Part shown: one piece after another, positions 25,499 to 37,204 of the stretch | Layout of the letters: each line of letters starts with the position of its first letter | Position numbering within the stretch: the first letter of the stretch is position 1 | DNA from: Cyanophora paradoxa CCMP329 | Taxonomy: Eukaryota; Plantae; Glaucophyta | Assembly: GCA_004431415.1 (NCBI GenBank) | Contig: QPMI01000165.1 | Location: 124,001-188,000, forward strand | DNA: 64,000 nt | Direction of reading: 5' to 3' | Program-made: the position numbers and the translations under genes | Notes under the pieces: model-generated | The model's input: only the letters and a program-made list of their open reading frames with translations | What the model was told of the DNA's origin: nothing | Database searches by the model: none

Positions 25499-25870
25499 CT
25501 AATTATAACGATACATGGGCGGGGGCCTCTCTCCGCACGTGTACGGGCCGAACCGGGCTGTTTGGGGCCAGTTCGGGGCCATGGCCATCTCGCAGGGGCC
25601 CACGTAGACGTTGTCCGGGATGGGCTCTGCGGCCCGCACGGGGTTGGCGACGCTCGGGATGATCGGGGAGATAGGGAAGGCTCGTTGGTTGAAGGTCTCG
25701 CCGGGGGCCTGCTGATAACCCATGGTGTTGATGTTGGTCTCGCTGCGTAGGAACGTCGCCTCCTCGTCCCGTGCGGGGACCATCGCGCTGATCGGGGGCC
25801 GTGCCAACAGCGTCCCACCGAGGGCCACCGGCTCGGGCGCGGCGGACCAGAGCACGATGTTGGTAGTCAT
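25499..25870 (-). CDS. Hypothetical viral protein
   Basis: Complete ATG-to-stop ORF, 123 aa, non-biased composition. Confidence 0.45.
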   Translation of the reverse strand: MTTNIVLWSAAPEPVALGGTLLARPPISAMVPARDEEATFLRSETNINTMGYQQAPGETFNQRAFPISPIIPSVANPVRAAEPIPDNVYVGPCEMAMAPNWPQTARFGPYTCGERPPPMYRYN

Positions 25871-25932
25871 CGCGTATGTCCCTTACCCAGAGAAAAATAT
25901 GTCTCTGCTTCTTGAGAAGCACCACGTGCACC

Positions 25933-26217
25933 ATGGAGCGCACCGTTCTCTTCCCCCCCTCGGGCAGCGTGATCGGGGCACCGGCCTTCCAGCAGGAGAA
26001 TACATCGGGTGGCGCGGGCTCATCGCCGGCCGCCGGACTGAACCCGGACTTCGTCACGCGGCTCATGAACAGGGGAGTGAACCCCAACGCAGGCATGCTG
26101 CAGTACGCCTCCGCAAACGCCCCCGCCGAGATCCTCGCCGCGGACCCCCGCATCCTGAGCGGGGCCCCGCACACGCTCCCGGGCGGGGGCGCGTTCCGGC
26201 CGGCGGCGGGGTGGTAG
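25933..26217 (+). CDS. Hypothetical viral protein
   Basis: ATG MERTVLFPP... to TAG; divergent from the previous ORF across an AT-richer spacer. Confidence 0.4.
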   Translation: MERTVLFPPSGSVIGAPAFQQENTSGGAGSSPAAGLNPDFVTRLMNRGVNPNAGMLQYASANAPAEILAADPRILSGAPHTLPGGGAFRPAAGW

Positions 26218-26467
26218 TAGCTAGCAGGCGGCCAGGTATCGATATTATAAACAGCTGTATATATGTATCACTGCCTGCCGCCGCCAGCGGCGGCGGTCAT
26301 GATGTACTGGCACGCGGCGGGGACACCATCAGACCCGAGCGGCTTGTTTACGAAGTCGATGGGGTCCTTCCCCTTGATGGGCATGAGGCCGCTGCCCCCG
26401 TAGAGGAACCCAATACCCCGGTGGGCGATGCGGAACACGATGTCCGCAAAGTCGTAGCGGTCAATGG

Positions 26468-26851
26468 GTTGCCGCTGGGGTCTTCGGCCGTCACGGCCCG
26501 CCTCGTCTGGCCCATCCCCGCGGGGGCCTGAAGCAGCACGCGGCCACCAGTGGGGGTCCGGAACTGCAGCGTGTCAGGGGCACCGGTGAGCGACCCTGAA
26601 GCTGTCTCGAAGGTGAGGGAGCCCGTCTGTTCAACGAGCCCCGGCGTCGTGTAGTGGCGGAAGCGGAGGCCGGACCCTGCGGCCGGCTGCCCCCCGCTGG
26701 CCGAGGCGCCCGTGCCCTCGCTGACGTCGTCCGCCTGGTTCAGCGTGATGATGCGGTCCGCCGTGGAGACGGCCTCGGCCGTCACCGTCGTGAGGTTCAC
26801 GATCGTGGCGTTGGACATGTTCACGGTGTCCAACGGGCCGCCAATCGTGAT
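26468..26851 (-). pseudogene. Internal fragment of a second fibre-protein paralog
   Basis: Nearly identical, with several substitutions, to ~50995-51377 (ITIGGPLDTVNMSNATIV...AEDPSGN). Confidence 0.9.
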
Positions 26852-27169
26852 AACTCCAGATTCACATGAACCGGGTCCGCTCCATACTCAACAACCCTGA
26901 AACCATGGAGGAGGGGTTGCGCCACGCGCTCGAGATGCACAGAGAGACGTACGCGATCATTCTTCAGATTACCAGGCTGGAGCAGCGGCTGTACGACGAC
27001 ACCGATGTCCGACATCTCGCTGCGGGTCGCCGTACATCTCGAAAGGCTGCAGAAGGCTACACGCGGCGAAACCGGTTCAAGTTCACAGCGAGCTCCAACA
27101 GTTCCGACCTGGCCCCCCCGGGCTCCCCCGGGCCCCCCCGGGCTCCCCCGGCCCCCCCGGGCTCCCCCT

Positions 27170-27635
27170 AAACCTCTCTGGCGGCACTGCAAGGGATACT
27201 CCAGTCCATCGGGCACGGTCATCCCAGCTGGCCAAGAACCGCCTGCCCTCCGGGTCCGTCTCTGAAGTGGGTGGGGGCGCCGGGCGATTTCGAGTGATCC
27301 CCAACTGCTGCAGCTGCACTTCAAGACGCCCCCACTCATCAAATCGCTCCAGCTGCTCCCGGACGACGTGCCAGAGCCTTATCACCTCTCGGTCAGACAT
27401 GGTCGGAAACAGGTAGGAAGATGGAGGATCTTTTATCTGTGCAAGATCTGCCCCTTGAAGCCACTCCAAAAGTATTGCAGGTGCGAGCTCAGGGAGAACG
27501 CCGCTGTCTGCTGTCAACCTGGCACGGATACTATCCTGGGTGCGGAGGAGATACAGGCCGGCCCAGAACAACGGACCTGAGCTTAACTCAATTGCAAGGA
27601 CGCGCGTGATGGCCCGGTCAAGGATGCCAGAGGTG
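27170..27635 (-). pseudogene. Hypothetical protein family 'EWLQGADL', paralog A (fragment)
   Basis: LLEWLQGADLAQIKDPPSSYLFPTMSDREVIRL; similar to pieces at 30809-31030 and 29730-29925. Confidence 0.55.
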
Positions 27636-28329
27636 GTTGATCTCTGCAGCAGCTCGGATTCGGAAAACGACGGGCAGCTGCCCCGCGGGCCCCCGGCGGC
27701 AGCGCCGAAGCCGCGGGCGGCGCCGGCCGCCGCAGCCGCAGCCGCGGCCCGCCCCGCAAGCGCACCGCCGCCCCCTCGCCCAAGTTCCCTGCAGCCCGCC
27801 AAGGCGGCAAAAAGTCGGGCGCCGCCTCCTCGTCGTCGGCGCCGCAGCAGCAGCAGCAGGCGCCAGGCGCCGCCTCCTCGTCGGTCCGCCCGCCCGCCGG
27901 CCCGCCCGCCGGCCGCGCGCTCACCAGGACGACCCTCGCAGCAGCGTGTCGTCCTCCAAATCCGCCCCTCGTTGCGCCGCTGCGACATCAGGACGCGCGA
28001 TCGGGCCGAAGAGGCGCCCCACGGCGACGCGCGCAAACAGCGCGCAGTCAGCGCCTTCAACCGAATGAAGACCGGCGCCCGGTGCACCGCCGAGGTGGCG
28101 GACACCACGTGCTCCCGTGAGCGCGCGCAACTGCGATGGCGGCCACGAGGAGGAGGGTGGCGGTGCCGGCGACGGCGGCAGCCACGGGAAAGCGCGGCAA
28201 AGCCACCGGCGGCGGTGCCCCTGCCCCCGGGCCAAGCGCTAGCGGGGCGGTGTCCGTCATGATCTCGTCTGTGTATGTGCCCGGAAAAATTGTCTTGGTC
28301 CGCTCTTGTCGCCCACCCTGCGTGCGCCC

Positions 28330-28662
28330 ATGTCATCCGCCAAGACCATCTTCCCCAAACTCGTCGGTGAGTTCGCCGGCACCTTCGTGTTCCTCCTTGC
28401 GATCATGAACATGACCAGCGGCAAGTCCTCGCAGCAGGGCGGCATCAACAACCTTCTGATCGCCCTCGCCCTCCTCGGCGCCATCCTCGCGTTCAACGGC
28501 ATCTGCGACGCGCACTTCAACCCCGCGGTCACCATCATGAAGATGGCCGAGCAGCTCGCTTCCGGCAGGGCCGGCGGGGTCGCCGTCGGCGCCGGCCTCG
28601 GCATGATCCTGGCCCAGGCCCTCGGCGCCCTCTCGGCCCTCGGGGTCTTTAAGGCGCTCTGA
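28330..28662 (+). CDS. Half-size MIP/aquaporin (single NPA repeat)
   Basis: LVGEFAGTFVFLLAI...DAHFNPAVT...MILAQALGALSA; 110 aa with own ATG and TGA. Confidence 0.8.
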   Translation: MSSAKTIFPKLVGEFAGTFVFLLAIMNMTSGKSSQQGGINNLLIALALLGAILAFNGICDAHFNPAVTIMKMAEQLASGRAGGVAVGAGLGMILAQALGALSALGVFKAL

Positions 28663-29735
28663 GGGCCGCCCTCCCCCCATCGCCTCGGTCGACGAGGACG
28701 AGGCCTGGCGCGATCGCTTCAGCCTCGCGCTGGGGCCCGAGTCGCCCGTCCAGATCCGCTCGACGGGCGACGGCACCTTCGCCGCCTACTACTGCCGCGA
28801 CGCGGAAGAGGAGCAGCCCGTGGTCTCAGAGGAACCCTTCTTCGCCGCCGTCATGGGGATCGCCGGCGGCGACGAGGCGGCCGGCCTGGCCTCCTCCATC
28901 TTCTCCGACAACGACGAGGTCCAGGCGTCGCTGGCCGCCCTGTGTATGCTGGGGCGGCCCTTCCGCCGCTGGCTCGCCCTCATGTACCCGCGCAAGGTGC
29001 ATGCGATCGTGTGCGTATGTACATACACATATACATACCCGAGCAGCTGGCGGGCTCCGACGCGGAGGAGGCGATCGCGGCCCGCAATACGCGGGCCGCG
29101 GCCATCCTGAAGGCCCCCGAGATCCTCGCCGCGCTCGTCGACCCCATGGTCTGTATATATACCACCCGTCCAGGGTGCCCGCCGCCCGCCCTCACCCGAC
29201 GCAGGTCCTGGAGGCCGCGGGGGCGGTCCAGGACCCCGCGTGGGTCCGGCACCTCGCCCTCAAAGTGGGGCTCAACGGCTGGCGGTTCGCGGTCAAGCCC
29301 CCCTGCCTGCCCGACGAGACCCCCTGCGACGACTGGCCCGTCGAGACGCGCTGCTTCTTCAAGCTCTCCTTCTTCAACCACAGCTGCGGTCCCTCCATCG
29401 GCAACCGCGGCTCGCTCGACCCGATCGTCAAGGCCCACGAGGGCGTTGCCAACGGCGACCGCCTCGCCGGCGAGGAGGCGACCCTCTCCGTGGCCCCGGC
29501 GATGATGATCCGGACGATGCTGGGGGAGCCCTGCCGCTGCCACGTCTGCGCCGACGCGGGGGCACGCAAGGAGCACGTCTTCCTGGACATGATGATCTTT
29601 ACGGAGGTCGGGCAGCAGATGGGGGTGCTGGCCGAGGACGAGATCGTCAGTGCGGCCAACCTCCGCAAGGTCATGGCCCTCATGAACCAGATGGACTCGG
29701 CCGCCATCTTGCAGGCCGCGGGGGCCCTTTTGCCA
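28663..29735 (+). pseudogene. SET-domain (SMYD-like) methyltransferase fragment with two introns (28997-29046, 29149-29204)
   Basis: LSFFNHSCGP, GEEATLS and post-SET CRCHVC; two phase-0 GT-AG introns restore the frame. Confidence 0.7.
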
Positions 29736-29925
29736 CCCCGTTCTTGTCGCTGAAGTGATCTCCCGGGAAGATGGATGTATCTGCATATGGGAAAAAGTCA
29801 ACGAAAGAACTGGACGGCCAGCCTCGAGCTTGAGGGTCCTCCATCATACTTTTGATTTGCCGGCAAAGGGCGATCACCTCCCGGTCGGGCATGGTCTTGA
29901 AGTATGTCGTCGAAACATCGTCCGG
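29730..29925 (-). pseudogene. 'EWLQGADL' family paralog B, downstream piece
   Basis: PDDVSTTYFKTMPDREVIALCRQIK aligns with KDPPSSYLFPTMSDREVIRLWHVVR of paralog A. Confidence 0.6.
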
Positions 29926-30677
29926 ATACCGAGGGGCGAGGTGCACGCCCTGCGGATCGAGGTGGGGGCGCTGCGGGCCGAGCTGGACCTCTTGCACGCC
30001 GCCGCCCTGCTGGCCCCCAGCGGCAAGGAGGAGGAGGAGGAGGAGGAGGAGGAGGTGGGCACGGAGAGGGACGCCTCGGAGGAGGAGGAGGAGGGGGAGG
30101 AGGAGGGCGCTCCGTCCGGTACCGGTGCCATCTCTCGCCTCTTCACGGAGATCTTCCGCCGCACCGCGGCAAACTGAATAGGCAATTGCAACATGTGCGC
30201 GCCCTCCCCCTGTGATTTTTATCGGCCTTTCCAGAAACAGGCACAACGACGGCACGATGGTCGCGGCCATCAACACGGCCTTCAACCTCTCCAACCCCTC
30301 TTCCCAGCTGAGGACGCCCCTCGGGCTCCCCGTCTTCGACAGCACGTTCATGCGCTCGCCCTACTTCTCCTACTCGGCCACCAATGGCGGGCCGCAGGCG
30401 GTTGCATTCGGCGCCCCGCCCCACATCCAGCAGGCCATCCTCCAGCAGGTGGCGGCGGCCGCTGCCCCCACCCAGGCCCCGCCGGCCCCGCAGCAGCAGC
30501 AGCAGCAGCAGCAGGCGGAGTTTCAGCAGCAGTCTTCGTCCGAGTACGGCGCCCACGCGTGCACGTGCGGTGGCGGCAGGCAGGCCGGCGGCCGGACTGC
30601 CGTGGCCCTCGCCCAGTACCATCACGGGCCTGCTGTACCCCCACCCCCTCCACGTCCGTCCGGCACCCCGCGCCCAC

Positions 30678-30810
30678 ATGTCATCATCATCGCGGGCACC
30701 GGCGCCGGCGCCCGACTGCTCCGTCTGCTGCCTGGCAACCAACCTCTCCAGCCGCAAGCTCTGTCGATGTGTATACTGCAAGTACATCGCCTGCCGCGCC
30801 TGCAACGAGA
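30678..30810 (+). pseudogene. NCLDV RING-finger protein, N-terminal piece
   Basis: MSSSSRAPAPAPDCSVCCLATNLSSRKLCRCVYCKYIACRACNE. Confidence 0.7.
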
Positions 30811-31030
30811 TCTGCGTCAGATCTGCACCCTGCAGCCATTCGATCAAGACGGCACAGCCCCTTTTCAGGCGCAGGTCACGAGGGGTTATCTGATCCCGGC
30901 TGCTTTCTCGAAGGTATGAGTTCATGGTGAACAGGATCTCTCGCGCCGGTGCCCCTTCAAAGCGGGGGGAAGCCGTCAACAAGAGTGCGGCCCTGCATAT
31001 CTGCTTCAACCGTGTCCCTTGCGAATCTTG
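30809..31030 (-). pseudogene. 'EWLQGADL' family paralog B, upstream piece
   Basis: ...RGCAVLIEWLQGADLTQI ends at the junction with the RING piece. Confidence 0.6.
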
Positions 31031-32099
31031 CCAGCGCGGCGAGGGCTCCGGGCTCCAGGACGGCAGTCGACGCGAGGAGGCGCTGCACCACCCCCCTCAC
31101 GTTGCTGCTGCTGGTCGTGCTTTTCACCTTGCCCTCCCACATCACCGCCCCCCCCTGCCCCTGCCGCTGCTGCTGCCTGTTCACAAGGGGCGCCACCGCA
31201 GCCGCGGGGTCGATCCACCTCTGCTCGAGCTGCTCCAGGTCGCTGGGCCTCAGCTGGTTCGAGAGGGTAGGGTAGAGGTAGTCCACGATGAGCCGATCGG
31301 CTCCCGGCAGCGCCTGCGAAGGGGCACCCTGTGCGGCCCCCATTCGTGTATTTCGATGATCTCTCACGATACAAAAAAGCTCAGGGGAGCGCCGTCATTT
31401 CCGGCGTGGAGTCGGTCGTTGGCGCCGGCGGCTTCTGCGTAGTACTGTTATCCAGACGGCGGGCCATCGCGACAACGATGTCCCGGACCACCTGGAGGAT
31501 GGAGTTACCCTGGACTCGGCCCGTCAGGGCAAGCCCCTCGGAGATCGCGGCAACCGCAGAGATAGCGACCAGGAAGCCGGTCTTGATGTTCTCCACGTAG
31601 GGGTCCCCCGTCGTGCAGGGGGCGGCGGCGGCGGCGGCGGCGGCCCGGGCCACGGCGGGTGCGGTGATGTTCATGCGGGGCCCGGGTGCGCACGGTGCCG
31701 GCGCGGGCGGCAGCGAGGCATCCGAGGCGAGGAAGTAGCCACCGCCCAGGGCCCTGGAGCGGATCAGGCCGAAGGGCGCATGCTGCTCGATCTCCCACCG
31801 CATCTCGAGGCGAGGGGGGTAGGCGATCTCGGCCCAGCGGGTGCGGTAGGGGCCGAACGCCGAGTACGCCAGGCACACCTGGGGGTTGCCCCGCGGCGTC
31901 AGGACGAAGAAGGAGCTGGAGGATGCGGTCGGCGGCCTCCACGCGACCATGTGCACGTCGGCCGCGCCGGGGGGGCGCAGGGGTACTGCTCACGGTGCGA
32001 GCGGGCGGCGCTCCACCCTTGGAAGAGCGCGGCCCTGTACGTGCCGTCGGATGCCTTGAATGCCTGAAACCCCGGGATCACTGTGCGCAGGGGGCCGCG

Positions 32100-32945
32100 C
32101 GTGAATGGGTGTGCGGAGGGGCAGGGGAAGCCCATTTGCTCAACCGACGGCAGCTGTGCCAACGGCTGCCCCCCCGGCTCCAGCCCCCTTCTTGGGTGTG
32201 CCGAGGGGCCCATCTGCTCGACCGACGGCAGGTGCGCCAACGGATGCCAGCCAGGGGCCTCGACCCTCTTCGGCTGTCCTGAGGGCGCGATCTGTTCGTC
32301 CAACAGCAAGTGCGGCAACGGGTGCCCCCCCGGTATCCCCCGTGTCTACGGCTGCTCCGAGGGCGTGGCCTGCTCAACCAGCGGGCTGTGCCTCAATGGA
32401 TGTAGGCCGGGCCTAGAGCCCCTGTACGGGTGCGCTGAGGCCCCCGCCGACAGCTTCATCTGTTCAAGGAACCAGCGGTGCGCGGACGGGTGTCCCCCTG
32501 GCGAGCCGCTCATTGTCTGCCCCGAGGGGGCGATCTGCTCGGCCACGGGAAAGTGCGCCAACGGGTGCGCCCCGGGCTCCATGCCCCTCTTCGGGTGCTT
32601 GGAGGGCAAAGGTGGCCCGATCTGCTCCTCCGATTGGAAGTGTGCCAATGGCTGCCGCCCCGGTTATGCCCCACTCCATGGTTGTGCAGAGGGGAACGGC
32701 GGCCCAATCTGCTCTGCCGGCCGCAATTGCGACAATGGGTGCCCCCCTGGCTACAGCCCCCTCTTTGGTTGCGAGGAGGGCAACATCTGCTCCTCCACCA
32801 AAAATTGCCGCAACGGCTGCCCCCCAGGGCACACCCCCATCACCGGGTGTACCGACGAGACGACCTGTACAGCAGACGGAAAGTGCAAGAACGGCTGCCC
32901 CCCCGGATTTGGCCTTCAACCGGGGGGGGCCTGCGTACAAGAAGT
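32100..32945 (+). pseudogene. Cys-rich tandem repeat protein fragment (C.NGCPPG..PL.GC.EG.ICS units)
   Basis: About ten 25-29 aa units; no N-terminus. Confidence 0.75.
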
Positions 32946-32965
32946 GCATCTCACCAACTTTGCAC

Positions 32966-33808
32966 GCGAGTGCGCGGGGCAGCCGTTGTCGCACACGGGC
33001 TTCTGCTGCCCCTTGAACCAGCACTCCCGGCACGTGTTGTTCCTGTCGAAGTCCGGAGGGCACCCTGTTGCGGGGCATACCGCCATGGGGGGTGCCCCCC
33101 TGGCCACGCAGATCCCGCAGCCAAAGTCAAGCTGCGGCACCTGGTAGGGGCACCTCGTCGCGCTGCAGACGGGCTTCTCCCTGCCCCGGGCCCAGCACTC
33201 TCCGCATGCATTGTTCCTGTCCTGGCCCGGGGGGCACCCCGTCCGGGGGCAGACTGCGGGGGTGAGCCCGCCCAGAGTGCAGTCTCCGCACAGGTTGGGG
33301 CTCTGCCCCGGCGGGCACCCCGTCGTGGGGCAGATCGCCGACGGCTGGTTTGCAGCCGGGACGCACTCCGCGCACCCGGCGCTGTAGACCTGCCCCGGCG
33401 GGCACCCCGTCGAGCGGCAGATCGGTGGCGGGGGGAAGCCCCTGGGGGCGCACTCACGGCAGGGGTTGTTCTTGTCCTGTCCGGGCGGGCACCCCGTGCC
33501 TGGGCAGGTCCCGTCCGGGCTTTCGATGCGCCCCCCAAGGGTACACTCCCCGCACGCATTTTGGAGCTGGTCGTGGGAGGGGCAGCCGGTCGAGCAGCTG
33601 TTGGGGGCCCGCCCCCTTGGCAGGCACTCGCGACAGGCCTCGGACCAGAACTCGGTGGGGCGGCATCCGTCGGGGCAGTAGTCTGGGGCGACCCCCGATG
33701 GGAAGCACGCGCTGCACGGGTTGTTGCGGTCCTGGCCGGGGGGGCAGCCCGTACCGGGGCAGAGGGCTGGAGTCCTGCCCCCCAGCGTGCACTCGCCGCA
33801 CCCATTGA
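32966..33808 (-). pseudogene. Second Cys-rich repeat family fragment (CP.TGCPPGQD.NN.C.EC)
   Basis: Same repeat as 56675-57682; apparent frameshifts. Confidence 0.7.
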
Positions 33809-33809
33809 C

Positions 33810-34314
33810 GTAGAGGGTTCTTCAAAAACTCGGACCGCCCGCACAGCCCGCCAACCGGTATTGCCGAGAACCCGAACACCTGGTGCATTGCCCTCGCCCA
33901 GGTCGGCCCATGCCACCTGTCGTCACCGCTGGCTCCCCACTCATCGTCGCTCGATCCGTCTTGAATTGCCGCCAGGAGGTGGCATATTTCGTGCGCTAGG
34001 ATATGGAGCAATGTCGACAGCAGCGGCAGGATGCGCCTGCCGCTGCTGTCCGAAAAGGGCATCGCGGCCCAGTAGAGCTTCATCTCGTCCTCCGCCCACT
34101 TGTTTGTGTTCAGAACCATCGTGCCCCATGAAGAAGGCAGGGTGAACGCCAGGTCTGGACGAGCTCTGATGTTGAGATTTAGGAGATCACCCAAGGCGGG
34201 CTTGTTAAAAGTGCCCATCCACCACCCTGTGAACGTGCCGCGGAAGAACGCCCTGTCGATGGCCTCGATGGCCGGGATGACGTGGTCGCTCACCGTGATC
34301 TGGGAAGGCTGCAT
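33810..34314 (-). pseudogene. SprT-like zinc metalloprotease fragment
   Basis: IDRAFFRG...ILAHEICHLL...WHGPTWARAM (HExxH plus downstream HG..W). Confidence 0.65.
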
Positions 34315-34352
34315 GAGCGGGTCGAAGAGGCCCTGCGCCTACCCGGCCGCCG

Positions 34353-34904
34353 GTGCCCGCGGCGCCGGGGAAGGCCGCCGCCCCTGCCCCTGCGCCTACG
34401 GTGGGCGAAGAGGCCCTCGCCTCGCCGGTCAAGCTGATCCAGTCCGTCCTGGACTTTGCCCTGGCACCCCTGCTCTGGTTCCGCAACTTCAAGCTCGTGG
34501 CCGCCGCGGTGGTCCTCGTGGTGGCGGCCGGCTTCATCGTGACGTACCGGTTCGTGGGGGAGGAGGACAAGCGGGCGCTGCAGTACGCGCACACGCTCTT
34601 CATGGGGGCCACCGGCATCCTCCCCATGATCCTCTCGCTCCTCATGAACACGCTGACCATCATGGTCGGCATCTACATCGCCAAGATCGCCCTCTCGCGG
34701 CCCAGCGTCCCCGCCCTCCTGCGCCCCTACTCGGGGCCCATCGCGAGGATCGGGGGGGCGGCCGCCGTGGTGGGGCCCATGGTGGCGCCGGCCATCGCGG
34801 CGCTCCGGGGCGGGGCGGGCGCCGGCGCCGCCGCGGCGGGCTCCGGCGGGGCCCCCTCCTCCGTGGCGGCGGCCGCCGAGGCAATACAGCTGTTCCCCGC
34901 GTGA
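34353..34904 (+). CDS. Hypothetical membrane protein (5' end uncertain)
   Basis: Multiple hydrophobic segments and strong GC3 codon bias. Confidence 0.5.
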   Translation: MPAAPGKAAAPAPAPTVGEEALASPVKLIQSVLDFALAPLLWFRNFKLVAAAVVLVVAAGFIVTYRFVGEEDKRALQYAHTLFMGATGILPMILSLLMNTLTIMVGIYIAKIALSRPSVPALLRPYSGPIARIGGAAAVVGPMVAPAIAALRGGAGAGAAAAGSGGAPSSVAAAAEAIQLFPA

Positions 34905-34957
34905 GGAGAGCTCGTCCACCGCCGGCCGCGATTTGTCGTGGCCGTGTGCGAGCGAAG

Positions 34958-35182
34958 ATGGCGACGATGCAGGACCTCCCGGACGGGGTCCTGCACATGA
35001 TCCTCCGGCGGGCAGTGCGCACCCCCGCCGCCAGCTGCCTCAAGTGCGGGTCCAGCCCCGCCGCCCCGCGGCAGCGCGGGGCCTGTCATGCCTGCGCCCG
35101 CCTCTGCGTCGTCGCGGGCTGCAAACTGAAACGCACGCGGTGGCCCTCGAGTCGCTTGCCGAGACATACGCAGAGAGGCTAG
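34958..35182 (+). pseudogene. F-box-like plus Cys-motif protein, N-terminal fragment
   Basis: MQDLPDGVLHMILRR; CLKCG...CHACARLCVVAGC recurs as CLKCG...CTSCSRLCVVEGC at ~59970-60045. Confidence 0.5.
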
Positions 35183-36076
35183 CGGGCGACGTCATCGTCG
35201 TCGGCGGCGGCTACGGCCAAGGGTGGTGGCGCCGGCGGCTTCCTGGATCGCATCCTGTCGTGGTGCGCCCCCTGGCGGCGGAAGGCCCGCTGCGGCGGCG
35301 CCCCAGGGGTGCCCCCGGCACCGGCCGCACCGGCACCGTACTTCGCGCAGGATGTCGCCTCCCGCACCGGCAGGATCGAGACGAAGCGGGCCAGCGCCAC
35401 CGGGGCGGTTTCGGGGTTGAATCCCGTGTTATCGGCGAGCGCCGCCCCCGTTGCGCCCCTGTGCAGCTTGACGTCGTGCGGATCTCCTCGTAGACCGACG
35501 TCATCATGGTGGAAGGGAAGGCCGCGCAGGTGGCGGCGCCGGCCGCGGGGCGCTGCCCCGCGCAGGTGCAGAACAGGTCCACCGTCCAGAGCCCGTAGTC
35601 GTCCCGCTGGCACTCGCCCGGGGTTCACGCGGCAGCTAGAGCGGCGCCCCGTGTTGCACGTGGTGTGATGTTATTCATTCGCGGGCGGCAGCCTGAGGGG
35701 CATGCGCGGGAGGCCGGCGCACGTCGCCATGCGGCCGCCCTCTTCTCCGGCCAGGCAGACTACGACCACTGGGGCGGCGGGGTATGACGGCGGGGGGGCC
35801 GCGCCGGCGGCGGAGGCGGCCCAGCGGATCTCGGAGACGAACAGGGCCGCGGCGGCGCGGAGGGCGCGGGGGAGCACCGCCGGCTCGTTAAGGAGGATGA
35901 GGACGACGGGGGGCGCTCGAAGCAGCTGGCCGGAGCCGGCCGCGAGGGCGGCGGCGTACTCGCGCAGGACCGCCTCGGGGCTGGCGCTCCGGTCGCGATC
36001 GCCGGTACCGCAGCAGCGCACCAGGAGGACGCGGTCCGCGAGCTCGAAGGCCAGGGCCAGAGCCCGGCCCGGCAGC

Positions 36077-36425
36077 CGACGAACTTCATGATCATCACCC
36101 TCCTTCATATAAGGGCAGATTCAGCGGGGCTTGTGAGAACACGAATCTAAGGTGATCCAGTTTTCGAGAGAGGGGCAGTGCGACGAGAGCGGCAGACGGA
36201 CACCGCCCTTTTTGACGGAGCATGACACGGACTGAAACTGGACTACACTAGATTCATGTTCTCACAAGCGGAGGCAGTTCAGCCTATATAGAACCGAGGT
36301 GCATCGAGCAACATCGCTCGCGACCCGACCCCCCCTCTCGACGAACTTCATGATCATCACCCTCCTTCATATAAGGGCAGATTCAGCGGGGCTTGTGAGA
36401 ACACGAATCTAAGGTGATCCAGTTT
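36077..36425. repeat. Non-coding repeat block 1: 262-bp period with internal imperfect inverted repeat
   Basis: 36077-36163 repeated at 36339-36425; core GCTTGTGAGAAC at 36129(+), 36269(-), 36391(+). Confidence 0.9.
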
Positions 36426-36716
36426 CGGACGGGCTCTGCTTGGACTTGTCGTATTTGCGGCGTTTCTTCTGGGGCGTCGCGGCCAGCGGGTCTTCACCGT
36501 CCCGCTGGGGGGCGTCGTGGGGGTGGTCGCAGTAGTGGCGGACGACGACGGGCCCGGCGGGCCCCCGCCGGCTGTGGCCGGACTTGAGGGTGGCAAGCTT
36601 CATGCGCCCGAAGTGGCGGAGGGTGCCCAGGATGCGAACGGGGTCGACGTTGTCCTGGCGGTAGATATGGCCCTTTTTGCCGTAGTAGGCGCCGAGGCTC
36701 GTGCGCAGGAAGACGG

Positions 36717-36915
36717 CGAGGCGGGGGGCAACTCCGGCCTCGGCGGCGCCGGGGGGTTCACCTCGGCGGTCCTGGGGGTGACCCCGGGGCAGGTCCTGCG
36801 CATCATCACGGGCGGGGCAGGGGCCTGGGGCACGGGTGGCTACGGTGGCGGCGGCTGCGGTAACAGCACCTGCGTCGCCGGCGGCGGGCGGTCCGCCGTG
36901 CGCCTCGACGGCGGC
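36717..36915 (+). pseudogene. Glycine-rich domain fragment of a virion/surface protein
   Basis: GGAGGFTSAVLGVTPGQVLRIITGGAG...GGGRSAVR. Confidence 0.5.
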
Positions 36916-37204
36916 TACGGGCAGGGCGGCGACCCGAACTGGGGTGGCGACAAGACGCTCATCGTCAAGTGGTCCTGCCCGGACAACTGCTGTCCCAAGG
37001 AGATGAAGGACATGCCTCCCAAGGACTACGTCGAGGGGTACACGACGCGGACGACCACGAGGCGGAGGCCCTGCCCGGCGGGGGGAGGGTCGACGTGGTG
37101 GAGCGCAACCTCCTGCAGGGCAGCGCCGCACCCCTGCACCTGCGGGAGTTGGCCATCCGCCCGTGCGTGGGTGGACATGCGCCCTCTTGGCAGCCTGCCG
37201 CCCT

